A stretch of DNA of 32,000 nucleotides from an uncultured Nitrososphaerales archaeon. GTDB taxonomy: Archaea; Thermoproteota; Nitrososphaeria; Nitrososphaerales; Nitrososphaeraceae. Numbering within the stretch: the first letter of the stretch is position 1; every line of letters starts with the position of its first letter. Shown here one piece after another: positions 9,477-17,720 of the stretch. Below the pieces are notes generated by a model. That model had not been told where the DNA came from. It did not search any database and was given only the letters and a program-made list of their open reading frames with translations. The position numbers and the translations under genes were made by a program. The DNA lies in contig CAWJCY010000005.1 of the NCBI GenBank assembly GCA_963841565.1, forward strand, positions 1 to 32,000, in the 5' to 3' direction.

Positions 9477-10703
9477 ATGAAATCTGAATTCGCATTAATA
9501 TTATCGGCGATACTAGTTTTAGGTGGATTGGTACCTGGACTTACTTTGGGTTCACAGATAGCTTTTGCAGACGACGCTAGTGGCGGCGGTGAAAGTAGCG
9601 GCGGTGAAAGTAGCGGCGGTGAAAGTAGCGGCGGTGAAAGTAGCGGCGGTGAAAGTAGCGGCGGTGAAAGTAGCGGCGGTGAAAGTAGCGGCGGTGAAAG
9701 TAGCGGCGGTGAAAGTAGCGGCGGTGAAAGTAGCGGCGGTGAAAGTAGCGGCGGTGAAAGTAGCGGCGGTGAAAGTAGCGGCGGTGAAAGTAGCGGCGGT
9801 GAAAGTAGCATTAGTAGTAGCAGCGGCGATGGTGGCAGCACTGGCAGCACTTTACAAAGTAGTAGTACGAACTTTAGGGGCAGCGCTAGCAGCAGCGCTT
9901 TCGGTCTTCCTCCTCCAGGCGGCAGTAACGAAGATTTTGACTGGAAGTATGGCGATCCTGACTGGAAGTATGGCGATCCTGACTGGAAGTATGACGATCA
10001 TGACTGGAAGGACAAGGGTCATGATGACAAACACAAGGACAAGGGTCATGATGACAAACACAAGGACAAGGGTCATGATGACAAACACAAGGACAAGGGT
10101 CATGATGACAAACACAAGGACAAGGGTCATGACAAGGATTGCAAGGACAAGCGTCATGACAAGGATTGCAAGGACAAGCGTCATGACAAGGATAAGAATA
10201 AGCACCATGACAAGGATCATAAGAAAGATCACAATGGCGACGACAACAATAGTCATCATAACAACAATCATGACAAGAATTGCGACTATGACAAGAATGG
10301 CGACTATGAAAAGAATGGCGGCTATGACAAGGATGGAGACTATTGCGAATGCGACTACGACAAGGATGGCGACTACGACAAGGATGGCGACTACGACAAA
10401 TATGGTGACTATTGCGGTGATGGCGACCACAATGGCGACAACAATGGCGACCACAATGGCGACAACAATGGCGACCACAATGGCGACCACAACGGTGACG
10501 GTTCGGAAGCAGCTGCAGTAACGACAGCTAGCGGTACTGCATCATCATCTTCAGTTGCAGCTGGCGGTGTGGTAATTCAGGATGCGACTATTGGCAACGG
10601 AGCAGCATCAGCAGCAACTGACGGCATAGGAATAACACCAACGGGAATAACACCAACAGGAATAACACCTGCAAACGGCGGTTTAGCAGGAGCATTGTCC
10701 TAA
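9477..10703 (+). CDS. secreted, intrinsically repetitive Gly/Ser/Asp/His/Lys-rich protein (six tandem-repeat modules)
   Basis: The ATG at 9477 gives MKSEFALILSAILVLGGLVPGLTLGSQIAFA|DD, a Sec-type signal peptide with an AxA site. All repeat units are multiples of 3 nt (15, 21, 27, 18, 12/24 and 15) and stay in one frame. The tracked ORF begins at an upstream TTG at 9465. Confidence 0.7.
   Translation: MKSEFALILSAILVLGGLVPGLTLGSQIAFADDASGGGESSGGESSGGESSGGESSGGESSGGESSGGESSGGESSGGESSGGESSGGESSGGESSGGESSGGESSGGESSISSSSGDGGSTGSTLQSSSTNFRGSASSSAFGLPPPGGSNEDFDWKYGDPDWKYGDPDWKYDDHDWKDKGHDDKHKDKGHDDKHKDKGHDDKHKDKGHDDKHKDKGHDKDCKDKRHDKDCKDKRHDKDKNKHHDKDHKKDHNGDDNNSHHNNNHDKNCDYDKNGDYEKNGGYDKDGDYCECDYDKDGDYDKDGDYDKYGDYCGDGDHNGDNNGDHNGDNNGDHNGDHNGDGSEAAAVTTASGTASSSSVAAGGVVIQDATIGNGAASAATDGIGITPTGITPTGITPANGGLAGALS
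9585..9809 (+). repeat. 15 perfect tandem copies of a 15-bp unit (ggcggtgaaagtagc, encoding GGESS)
   Basis: Read directly from the sequence. Lines 9601, 9661 and 9721 are identical, and 225 nt / 15 = 15 units with no substitutions. Confidence 0.97.
9939..10001 (+). repeat. 21-bp tandem repeat x3 (DWKYGDP / DWKYDDH)
   Basis: gactggaagtatggcgatcct occurs twice, followed by gactggaagtatgacgatcat. Confidence 0.9.
10008..10196 (+). repeat. 27-bp tandem repeat x7 (4 perfect KDKGHDDKH units, then KDKGHDKDC, KDKRHDKDC and KDKRHDKDK variants)
   Basis: aaggacaagggtcatgatgacaaacac is repeated perfectly 4 times from 10008, followed by three diverged units. Confidence 0.9.
10272..10412 (+). repeat. degenerate 18-bp repeats encoding D-K-[DN]-G-D-Y
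   Basis: DKNCDYDKNGDYEKNGGYDKDGDYCECDYDKDGDYDKDGDYDKYGDY. The unit gacaaggatggcgactac recurs with variants. Confidence 0.8.
10419..10502 (+). repeat. 12/24-bp repeats encoding GDHNGDNN
   Basis: aatggcgaccacaatggcgacaac is repeated, giving the peptide GDGDHNGDNNGDHNGDNNGDHNGDHNGDG. Confidence 0.85.
10629..10673 (+). repeat. 15-bp tandem repeat x3 (GITPT, GITPT, GITPA)
   Basis: ggaataacaccaacg / ggaataacaccaaca / ggaataacacctgca lie near the C-terminus. Confidence 0.85.
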
Positions 10704-11291
10704 TACTCCCTTTTACTTTTTTAACATGCTTCGAATATGCAAGAATTACGACCGTCCCTATAGACTGACCTATTGAATCGAATACGAATAATAGTCCAAT
10801 AGTATGATATTTTCGCTATGAACTCGTACTAAATATCACTTCTGCAAAACTTTGAGCCTTGACGACATGAAGATAGAATCTCTGACAGCTAAGTGCATCA
10901 TCCCGAGTTAAAGTCTTGAAATGCAATTCGAGCTCCAACCTTTTAGTCAATGAGACAACGAGACGATATTCTAATTATTCAGAGCTTACAATGGTTAGGC
11001 GTACAATTTCTGACACTCATGACAAGAGTAAGTAGGTCTACCCACATTACTCGTAATTCAGGTGTCTTCACTGCCGAAAAATACCCTTTAAATTAAATAT
11101 TCAAATTCGGTCAACAGGCAACAATATAAGGCCACATTAATTTAGTTGGGTAAATGCCAGGATTTTTTGGCGTAAATTGTCGAGGTTTAATTTACTGAAA
11201 AAACATCAAGACCAATTTTCTTAGACTAGCCGTGACCACCATGCCATTTGATAGGATTATCTATATATTGATTAAAGTTTAATCTCATTTC

Positions 11292-12629
11292 ATGGGTACC
11301 CAAATGAGTTCTGCTAGGCAGGGTCAAGCCACAGAAGAAATGATCCGTGTTTCTAAAGATGAAGGGATCAACCTAGAGACCCTAAAACACGGGGTGGCTA
11401 AAGGGAGTATAATTATTCCTAGAAATCTCGCCAGGAAGCAAGAGAATGTTCGGGTTGTTGGAATAGGAAATGGGTTAAAAACTAAAGTGAATGTGAATAT
11501 TGGAACTTCAACTTTATATCAAAATCTCGATGAGGAAATAACCAAAGCAAGAATTGCTGTAGATCACGGTGCAGATACCATAATGGATTTGTCAGATGGG
11601 GGCGACCTTGATCTAATAAGAGAAAAATTATTGGAAGAGGCACTGATAACTTTTGGCTCAGTACCGATTTATCAAGCATATGCATATGGCGTTCAGAAAT
11701 ACAAAAACCCACTTAATATTACCGAGGATGATTTTTTGAAGGCATTTGAAAAGAACGCTAAAGACGGAGTTGATTATACCACAATTCATTCTGGTATAAC
11801 TAAGGAGCTCGCAAAACGAGTATTGGAAGTCAGAAGACATGGCGGGATAGTTTCTAAAGGAGGTACCATAACAGCAGCATGGATGCTAAAGTATGAAAAA
11901 GAAAACCCTTATTTCAAACACTTCGACTATCTCTGTGAAATTGCCAGAGAGTATGATGTTACGTTCAGCTTGGGAGATGCATTACGTCCTGGATCGATAC
12001 TGGATTCCCATGATGAATTGCAGGTTGAAGAGATGTTGAATGTATCAAGACTTACAAAGAAAGCTCATGAACAAGATATTCAAGTTATGGTAGAAGGTCC
12101 GGGTCACGTTCCGCTGAATGAAGTTGCTGCAAATGTACGACTCGCGAAATCGCTCATAGGGAATGTTCCATATTATGTTCTAGGTCCTTTAGTAACAGAC
12201 ATAGCAGCCGGGTACGACCACATTGCTAGCGCGATTGGAGCCGCTGTTTCGGCCGCTGAAGGTGTTGACCTCCTTTGCTATTTGACACCCGCAGAGCACT
12301 TGGGACTGCCTACAGCCGACGAAGTAAAGGAAGGTCTAATAGCGTATAGAATTGCCGCACATGCAGGGGATCTTGTCAGGCTGCGTGAAAAAGTGATCAA
12401 TTGGGATAAAGAGATAACTGAGGCACGACGAACTCTGAATTGGGAAAAGCAGATATCACTGTCTATAGATCCTGAGCAGGCTGCCAAGATACATTACCGA
12501 CGGCAAGGCCAGCTAGATGGCAACAATGTGCCTTGTACTATGTGCGGAGGAGCTTGTGTATACATAATGTTACCACAACAACGTAGGAATGAAGAAGCAA
12601 TTGAGAAAAAAACTGGCAATGATGACTAG
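11292..12629 (+). CDS. thiC: phosphomethylpyrimidine synthase ThiC (radical-SAM thiamine pyrimidine synthase)
   Basis: 445 aa. DTIMDLS, GIVSKGG, MVEGPGHVP, YVLGPLVTDIAAGYDHI and the C-terminal CTMCGGAC (CX2CX4C Fe-S motif) are all ThiC hallmarks. Confidence 0.95.
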   Translation: MGTQMSSARQGQATEEMIRVSKDEGINLETLKHGVAKGSIIIPRNLARKQENVRVVGIGNGLKTKVNVNIGTSTLYQNLDEEITKARIAVDHGADTIMDLSDGGDLDLIREKLLEEALITFGSVPIYQAYAYGVQKYKNPLNITEDDFLKAFEKNAKDGVDYTTIHSGITKELAKRVLEVRRHGGIVSKGGTITAAWMLKYEKENPYFKHFDYLCEIAREYDVTFSLGDALRPGSILDSHDELQVEEMLNVSRLTKKAHEQDIQVMVEGPGHVPLNEVAANVRLAKSLIGNVPYYVLGPLVTDIAAGYDHIASAIGAAVSAAEGVDLLCYLTPAEHLGLPTADEVKEGLIAYRIAAHAGDLVRLREKVINWDKEITEARRTLNWEKQISLSIDPEQAAKIHYRRQGQLDGNNVPCTMCGGACVYIMLPQQRRNEEAIEKKTGNDD

Positions 12630-13164
12630 AACCATTATGATTTCATTTATACCCCATGAGAGAATTTACTTAAATCGAGTCAGCTGTTACCAAAATCCTA
12701 TTCCAACTTGATCCACGAATTCAAACAGGAATAATTCTGCGAATTACTATGTTTTCGTGTAATAAAAATTCTTTGAAGAAGCATTACTATTGACAGTATC
12801 AGAATGCACACTACACTACTTGAGAAAATCTTTTTGAGAAACCTTATTGCGTCACCATTTATATCACAGTACGAATATCCAGGTTGACTATGAATCTTTG
12901 TTAGTATTGTATGTAAAATCCACAAATAATCTGATTATCAGTCTACTGATCAGTAGTTAAGGGAGCCACTGCATAGTAAATAAAATGGGCTATTCAACAT
13001 GGGTTTATGAACTGGCTGCTATAAAGTGTCAAGTGCCTTGTTTCATTCTACCAATTTGTTTGCAGTACAACACCGCTATCTCTCAGCCAGGTATTCCATA
13101 TGTTTAATGGAGCATACCCAGAGATCAGACATTATACCATCATATTTATTTGTCACGGATCTAA

Positions 13165-13740
13165 ATGAGAGACTTGTGTATGAGTGATAAAGCAGAACTA
13201 GTCTCTGTGGTGTATGATGCTATAAATGAGATTGGCAAACACAAGATCCGCTCGGACGTAATTTCAAATATAAAAATAGCCGATGAGTACATGATAAGCA
13301 TCTTCAATAAATCAACGGAACAATTCATCAACAGACAGGATAGCAATTCATTAATTACTATGTATGAGATATTACTGCACTTTATGCTCACAGCATGCAC
13401 TATTCCCTCCCAGCGAAAGGTCAAAATTTCACAACTCACCATTGATCTCGTTATACCTAATCTTCATATCTTGTCAAGAATTCCTGGTGATGCGATACTT
13501 GTACAGTTTATCCGGAGTGATAAAGATATGACAACAATCGATAAACTACTGTCCTTACTCGGGCTCAAAACTGAAGACCTGAATATGTGGTTAATTACAA
13601 CCTTAGATTTGCATGTAAAGGATACGACGCATGTTATTAACTTGAACAGTTCGAAGATCGATTGCTCATATATTATGAGAGATATTGATACCTTTTTGAA
13701 GGAGAGAAGGGATAAAAGCTTCAGATTAGTACACTTTTAA
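13165..13740 (+). CDS. hypothetical protein
   Basis: 191-aa ORF with ordinary composition and no motif I can name. Antisense ORF 13161..13442 is ignored. Confidence 0.45.
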   Translation: MRDLCMSDKAELVSVVYDAINEIGKHKIRSDVISNIKIADEYMISIFNKSTEQFINRQDSNSLITMYEILLHFMLTACTIPSQRKVKISQLTIDLVIPNLHILSRIPGDAILVQFIRSDKDMTTIDKLLSLLGLKTEDLNMWLITTLDLHVKDTTHVINLNSSKIDCSYIMRDIDTFLKERRDKSFRLVHF

Positions 13741-14022
13741 TCTATAAGACTAGATGAATTATGTAACTAAGGAGACTAAATGAAAAGCATGTTATTCAAT
13801 ATTCAATCATTGTATTTTCTGTAAATGAAAAGTGATAGAATACTTCAAAATTCTGCGCGTTGCCTTATCAAGAATTTTCGATGCTCTCGTTCTGGATAAC
13901 ACTTTTCTTCTATAGATTGTCTATCCTCAATAAGTATACCATTAAAAGCAGATTTATTTCCAAGTAGTTACTTAAAATTTACCTAAATACTTGTATTCAT
14001 TTCTAATACTGGACATAGAAAA

Positions 14023-14292
14023 ATGAAAAACAGGGATAGAGCGGAAATAAATGCGATGATCCTTGACATTGCAAGCCACGGTAGAGTTACCAAGACAAAG
14101 ATAATGTACAGAGCATATCTATCGTATAACAAACTTGAAGAATACTTAACCGATCTGGGGGAAAGTGAGCTATTGGAAGTATATGAAGTTGGAGCTCAGA
14201 CCTATCGTACTACGGAAAAAGGAAAACGCTATCTAGAGATACATAGTAGAATGAATGAACTGATCTCTATCAATAGAGAAACAGTATATTGA
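14023..14292 (+). CDS. small winged-helix transcriptional regulator (archaeal HTH_45-like)
   Basis: 89 aa. AEINAMILDIASHGRVTKTKIMYRAYLSYNKLEEYLTDLGESELLEV...YRTTEKGKRYLEIHSRMNELI aligns colinearly with ORF 7683..7979. Confidence 0.7.
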   Translation: MKNRDRAEINAMILDIASHGRVTKTKIMYRAYLSYNKLEEYLTDLGESELLEVYEVGAQTYRTTEKGKRYLEIHSRMNELISINRETVY

Positions 14293-14411
14293 ATTTGACC
14301 TGTACTAGGTTAGTGAAATATTTTAGTTAGTAAGGGAATCAGGAAAAGAATCGCTGGTGACAGGACTCAATACAAAGCCCAGATCCAAGGACTTTATTAT
14401 GCACAATAGAC

Positions 14412-15581
14412 TCATTCGTGGGGTAGAAAAAATTGGATTACTATACTTACGATATACATTGATAACAACATCATACCAGTCTTTAATCCTATTTCTTTTT
14501 TGAACATTGGTATTAAAGCTATTATCGTGACCACAGTCACAAGTACTACTTGAAATGCGAGTACTGGAGTCAATTCAATCACAGTAAAAAATCCTGCATG
14601 ATACATTGCTCCAAAAACCGCTACTGCGAGAAGCAACGTATTGTTTAGTATTTTAGATCCTAACACGTTGGCTATTGCAATGGATGCACCTAATGCGCCC
14701 TTTCTTGCAAGTATCATCAATGATATTTTCTCAGGCATTTCTCCGGCAATAGGGCTAATTACTACTGCAAGAATTATCGCAGAAACTCCTATATCAACTG
14801 AAAATCCTTCAAGTGCATGGATGAAAGGGCCTGCTCCTACTACGATTCCGATTGTTCCTGCCACAAATACCAATACGGATCTTAGTGTACGTCTTCTTAA
14901 TCTCGCAGTGTCGCTACTATTTCCGCTAAAGTCTTGCTTTTCCCTAATCGAATCCTTCGTACTACTTTTTAAAACCTCCTCTTGCTGCTTACTAATCTCA
15001 TTCGACATTCCTCTAGCTCTGACCAATGTATCATTTCTTTCTGATCTCATTTCAAACAGGGCTACTATAAGATACGCAATGAAGAATCCGGTGAAGATCA
15101 AACCATCCAAGAAATTATATCCATCAATGAACAGTAGTGCACTCACAATAGCAGTAACAAGCAGAAAAATCTTGTCTAGTTTGAAAGTACTGACATTGAT
15201 TCCCTTCAATGGAGATTTGGATATCCGGGTTGTTGCAATGATTAGCATAAGAGATAACCCCAGCGTCATCATCAATAGATTGCTTCCTAATCCTGCTCCT
15301 ATGGCTACTCCGTAAGATCCGGCTGCGGCAGCATAAATAACGATTGCAATTTCAGGGAGGGTCGTTGCCACACTTAAGATCGTCCTTCCTACAAACTTAG
15401 CACCGTATCTAGCTGAAAGGTGTTCGGCCCCATAGGAGAGAGCCCAGCTTGCAACGATTAATTCTGCTAACCAAATGACCATCGAAGTTAGATTTTCGGA
15501 ACTCAAAATAAGGCTCGCTATCTGATCTAAGTGATAATACCAATGTAATATATTGATTTCTTGTTCCATATGATCAAGCAT
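14412..15581 (-). CDS. Ca2+/cation antiporter (CaCA family, Na+/Ca2+ exchanger-type membrane protein)
   Basis: 389 aa and polytopic. The alpha-1 repeat is GRTILSVATTLPEIAIVIYAAAAG...GSNLL and the alpha-2 repeat is ISPIAGEMPEKISLMILARKG...GSKILN, separated by a charged cytoplasmic loop. Confidence 0.8.
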   Translation of the reverse strand: MLDHMEQEINILHWYYHLDQIASLILSSENLTSMVIWLAELIVASWALSYGAEHLSARYGAKFVGRTILSVATTLPEIAIVIYAAAAGSYGVAIGAGLGSNLLMMTLGLSLMLIIATTRISKSPLKGINVSTFKLDKIFLLVTAIVSALLFIDGYNFLDGLIFTGFFIAYLIVALFEMRSERNDTLVRARGMSNEISKQQEEVLKSSTKDSIREKQDFSGNSSDTARLRRRTLRSVLVFVAGTIGIVVGAGPFIHALEGFSVDIGVSAIILAVVISPIAGEMPEKISLMILARKGALGASIAIANVLGSKILNNTLLLAVAVFGAMYHAGFFTVIELTPVLAFQVVLVTVVTIIALIPMFKKEIGLKTGMMLLSMYIVSIVIQFFLPHE

Positions 15582-15968
15582 TATCTAAATAGCTATGATC
15601 GTAACGATGGAGCCTTAATAGTGCAACATATCTGGTGTCGTGATTTATACATAAAGTACCGAATTATTGAGCCTTCTCTCCCCGTATGAATTATTTTGGT
15701 ATTGAGCTGGGTATACTTATCTACTTTATACGAGCCATGCAAGTACTACGTGATTACCACACTAAGTAACAGAACCTTGAATTAGAACCCAGGACAGCTT
15801 CCCTCTTAAGTCTTCGGATCGATCTCTAGCAAGACACCGAACGTGGCAATTTCTTGCTAGATGCTGTAGGATAGTGACTTAAACTTCAAATTATAACTCT
15901 TCACATGCATATTTCATGCCAAAATTGACCTAGTACTGTCTAACCTTTTTATTACCTAAGGGTATAAA

Positions 15969-17138
15969 GTGCCATATATGCCAAATAAGGTTTGCGTCCT
16001 CGGTGCAGGTAGTACGAAATATGGTAAGCTAAATGAAAGTGTTGTAGAATTAGCGTTGGATGCCTCAAAGGATGCTATCACTTCTGCCGGTATAACCCCA
16101 AAGGAGATACAGTCAGGCTACATTTCAAATGTCTTTGGAGTTTCTGACAAGCAGGTTCATATGGCACCTGTTATAATGAGCAACTTAGGCATTCCTTATA
16201 CTCCAGGCCTAACCATAGAATCAGCATGTGGATCTGGCTCTGTAATGTTACGAGAAGCATATGCTAATGTTGCTGCAGGTTTTTATGACTGTATTTTGGC
16301 GGTAGGTGTTGAGAAAATCACTCAGGTAGGAACAGTTCAGAGTACTACACTTTTTTCATATTGTTCAGATTTCTTTTATGAGGGAGGAAATGGAGCTTCT
16401 TTTCCCGGGCTTTTCGCATCTATCGCGAGGGCTTATCTTACTAGGTACAAAGCAACAGAAGAAGATTTAGCTTATGTGGCGGTCAAGAATCATGAGAATG
16501 GAATACTTAACCCCAAAGCACATGTTCGTAAAATAATAACGATCGAAGATGTGATGCAATCTCCTGTCGTGGCATCTCCGCTAAAACTTTACGATTGTTG
16601 TCCATTCTCCGATGGCGCCTCCGCACTGATTCTTTGTAGCGAAGAATTTGCGAAGAAAAAGGGCAGAAGCTATATAGAAATAATTGGATCAGGCCGTGGT
16701 GCCTCCCCAGCCGCAGTACAATCGCGCGAGGACATTACAACTATACCCAGTACCGTAAATGCTGCCCGACAGGCGTATGAAATGGCAAAGATAACACCCA
16801 AAGATGTAGATTTTGCTGAAGTACATGATTGCTTTACCATTGCCGAAGTCATAGATACTGAGGACTTAGGCTTTTTTAGGAAAGGCGAAGCTGCAGAAGC
16901 CATAAGGTCTGGCGCCACAAAGAGGACAGGAGAGATTCCAATTAATCCATCAGGAGGATTAAAATCTAAAGGTCATCCGATCGGAGCTACAGGGATTGGT
17001 CAAGTTGTTGAAGTATTTGAACAATTTACAGGGAAGGCAGGAGAGCGAACAATACACGACGCAGAAATCGCAATTACCCATAACTTTGGTGCCACTGGGG
17101 CAAGTGCGACAGTACACGTTTTCAAGAAAGTTAAATGA
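15969..17138 (+). CDS. archaeal thiolase (acetyl-CoA C-acetyltransferase / acetoacetyl-CoA thiolase)
   Basis: 389 aa. It has the active-site Cys context IESACGSGS, then EVHDCFT, then NPSGGLKSKGHPIGATG and the C-terminal NFGATGAS. The start is GTG at 15969, with an alternative ATG at 15978. Confidence 0.9.
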   Translation: MPYMPNKVCVLGAGSTKYGKLNESVVELALDASKDAITSAGITPKEIQSGYISNVFGVSDKQVHMAPVIMSNLGIPYTPGLTIESACGSGSVMLREAYANVAAGFYDCILAVGVEKITQVGTVQSTTLFSYCSDFFYEGGNGASFPGLFASIARAYLTRYKATEEDLAYVAVKNHENGILNPKAHVRKIITIEDVMQSPVVASPLKLYDCCPFSDGASALILCSEEFAKKKGRSYIEIIGSGRGASPAAVQSREDITTIPSTVNAARQAYEMAKITPKDVDFAEVHDCFTIAEVIDTEDLGFFRKGEAAEAIRSGATKRTGEIPINPSGGLKSKGHPIGATGIGQVVEVFEQFTGKAGERTIHDAEIAITHNFGATGASATVHVFKKVK

Positions 17139-17144
17139 ACTAAT

Positions 17145-17543
17145 TTGTCTGACTCTAGGGATCCAAATCAAGTCATGAACAGGAGAAACAGGTTCATAGA
17201 AGCAGCTAGTCGTGGAAAGATTCTGGCAAATAAATGTGCAAAATGCAATTATTCCACTCTTGAAACAGCATATTTCTGTGAAAAGTGCTCGTCCGATGTA
17301 TTTACTACAGAGGAATACGACGGGCTGGGCAATGTGGTTACATTCACAATTCAATCTGTTGCCCCAGAGGGATTTACTGATGCGGGCTTATATGCATGGG
17401 TCGTTTTTAAAGTTGATGGCGCCCCTTTCAATGTGTCTGGATTTCTTAAGGATACTCATGCGCCATCAGATTTACCAATCGGTTCAAAAGTGCAAGTGAC
17501 TGGTTTTGACGAGAAACATGGGTTGCTTTTAAAGCGTGTTTGA
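17145..17543 (+). CDS. DUF35 family Zn-ribbon/OB-fold protein (thiolase partner)
   Basis: 132 aa. A CAKC...CEKC rubredoxin-like zinc ribbon is followed by an OB-fold-like beta-rich segment. The gene starts 6 nt after the thiolase stop, which is the typical archaeal pairing. Confidence 0.85.
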   Translation: MSDSRDPNQVMNRRNRFIEAASRGKILANKCAKCNYSTLETAYFCEKCSSDVFTTEEYDGLGNVVTFTIQSVAPEGFTDAGLYAWVVFKVDGAPFNVSGFLKDTHAPSDLPIGSKVQVTGFDEKHGLLLKRV

Positions 17544-17720
17544 TACATTGTAATAATACCTCTCGTGAACCGCCTTCGCGTTCATAATCCATCAGTCGAT
17601 TGATCAAGAAGCAAACCTGCATTTTATGTGATTTGCCTAGAACAGGAAATCCTTTAGCTTAGCTTAAACAAATTTGTAGGTACATAGAATTTAACATTTG
17701 TTTTTACATCACATTTTTTA

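Noticed and set aside
9585-9809. Regularly spaced short repeats as a possible CRISPR array.
   Set aside because: The units are directly abutting 15-mers with no spacers, lie in frame inside a CDS, and no cas genes are present.
9416-10521. Long ORFs 9416..9850 (-), 9565..10521 (+, alternate frame) and 9852..10490 (-) overlapping the repeat gene.
   Set aside because: They translate to monotonous LLSPP, AAVKV or IVVA strings. They are open only because the G+C-rich tandem repeats lack stop codons in every frame. Only the 9477 frame has a signal peptide and continues through the non-repetitive parts.
10704-11291. TPP (THI-box) riboswitch in the 590-bp ORF-free region upstream of thiC.
   Set aside because: I could not find the conserved CUGAGA / ACCUGAUCUGGAUAAUGCCAGCG-type core or a matching helix arrangement. 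A covariance-model scan would be needed to be sure.
12698-13442. ORFs 12698..12925 (-) and 13161..13442 (-).
   Set aside because: They have no motifs and odd composition. The second is antisense to the longer, more plausible ORF 13165..13740.
14641-15315. 224-aa ORF (+) inside the CaCA antiporter locus.
   Set aside because: It is antisense to a membrane protein with clear alpha-repeat motifs, and its composition is typical of a shadow frame.
16959-17499. ORFs 16959..17354 (-), 16996..17178 (+) and 17212..17499 (+).
   Set aside because: They overlap the thiolase and DUF35 genes in other frames and have no motifs.
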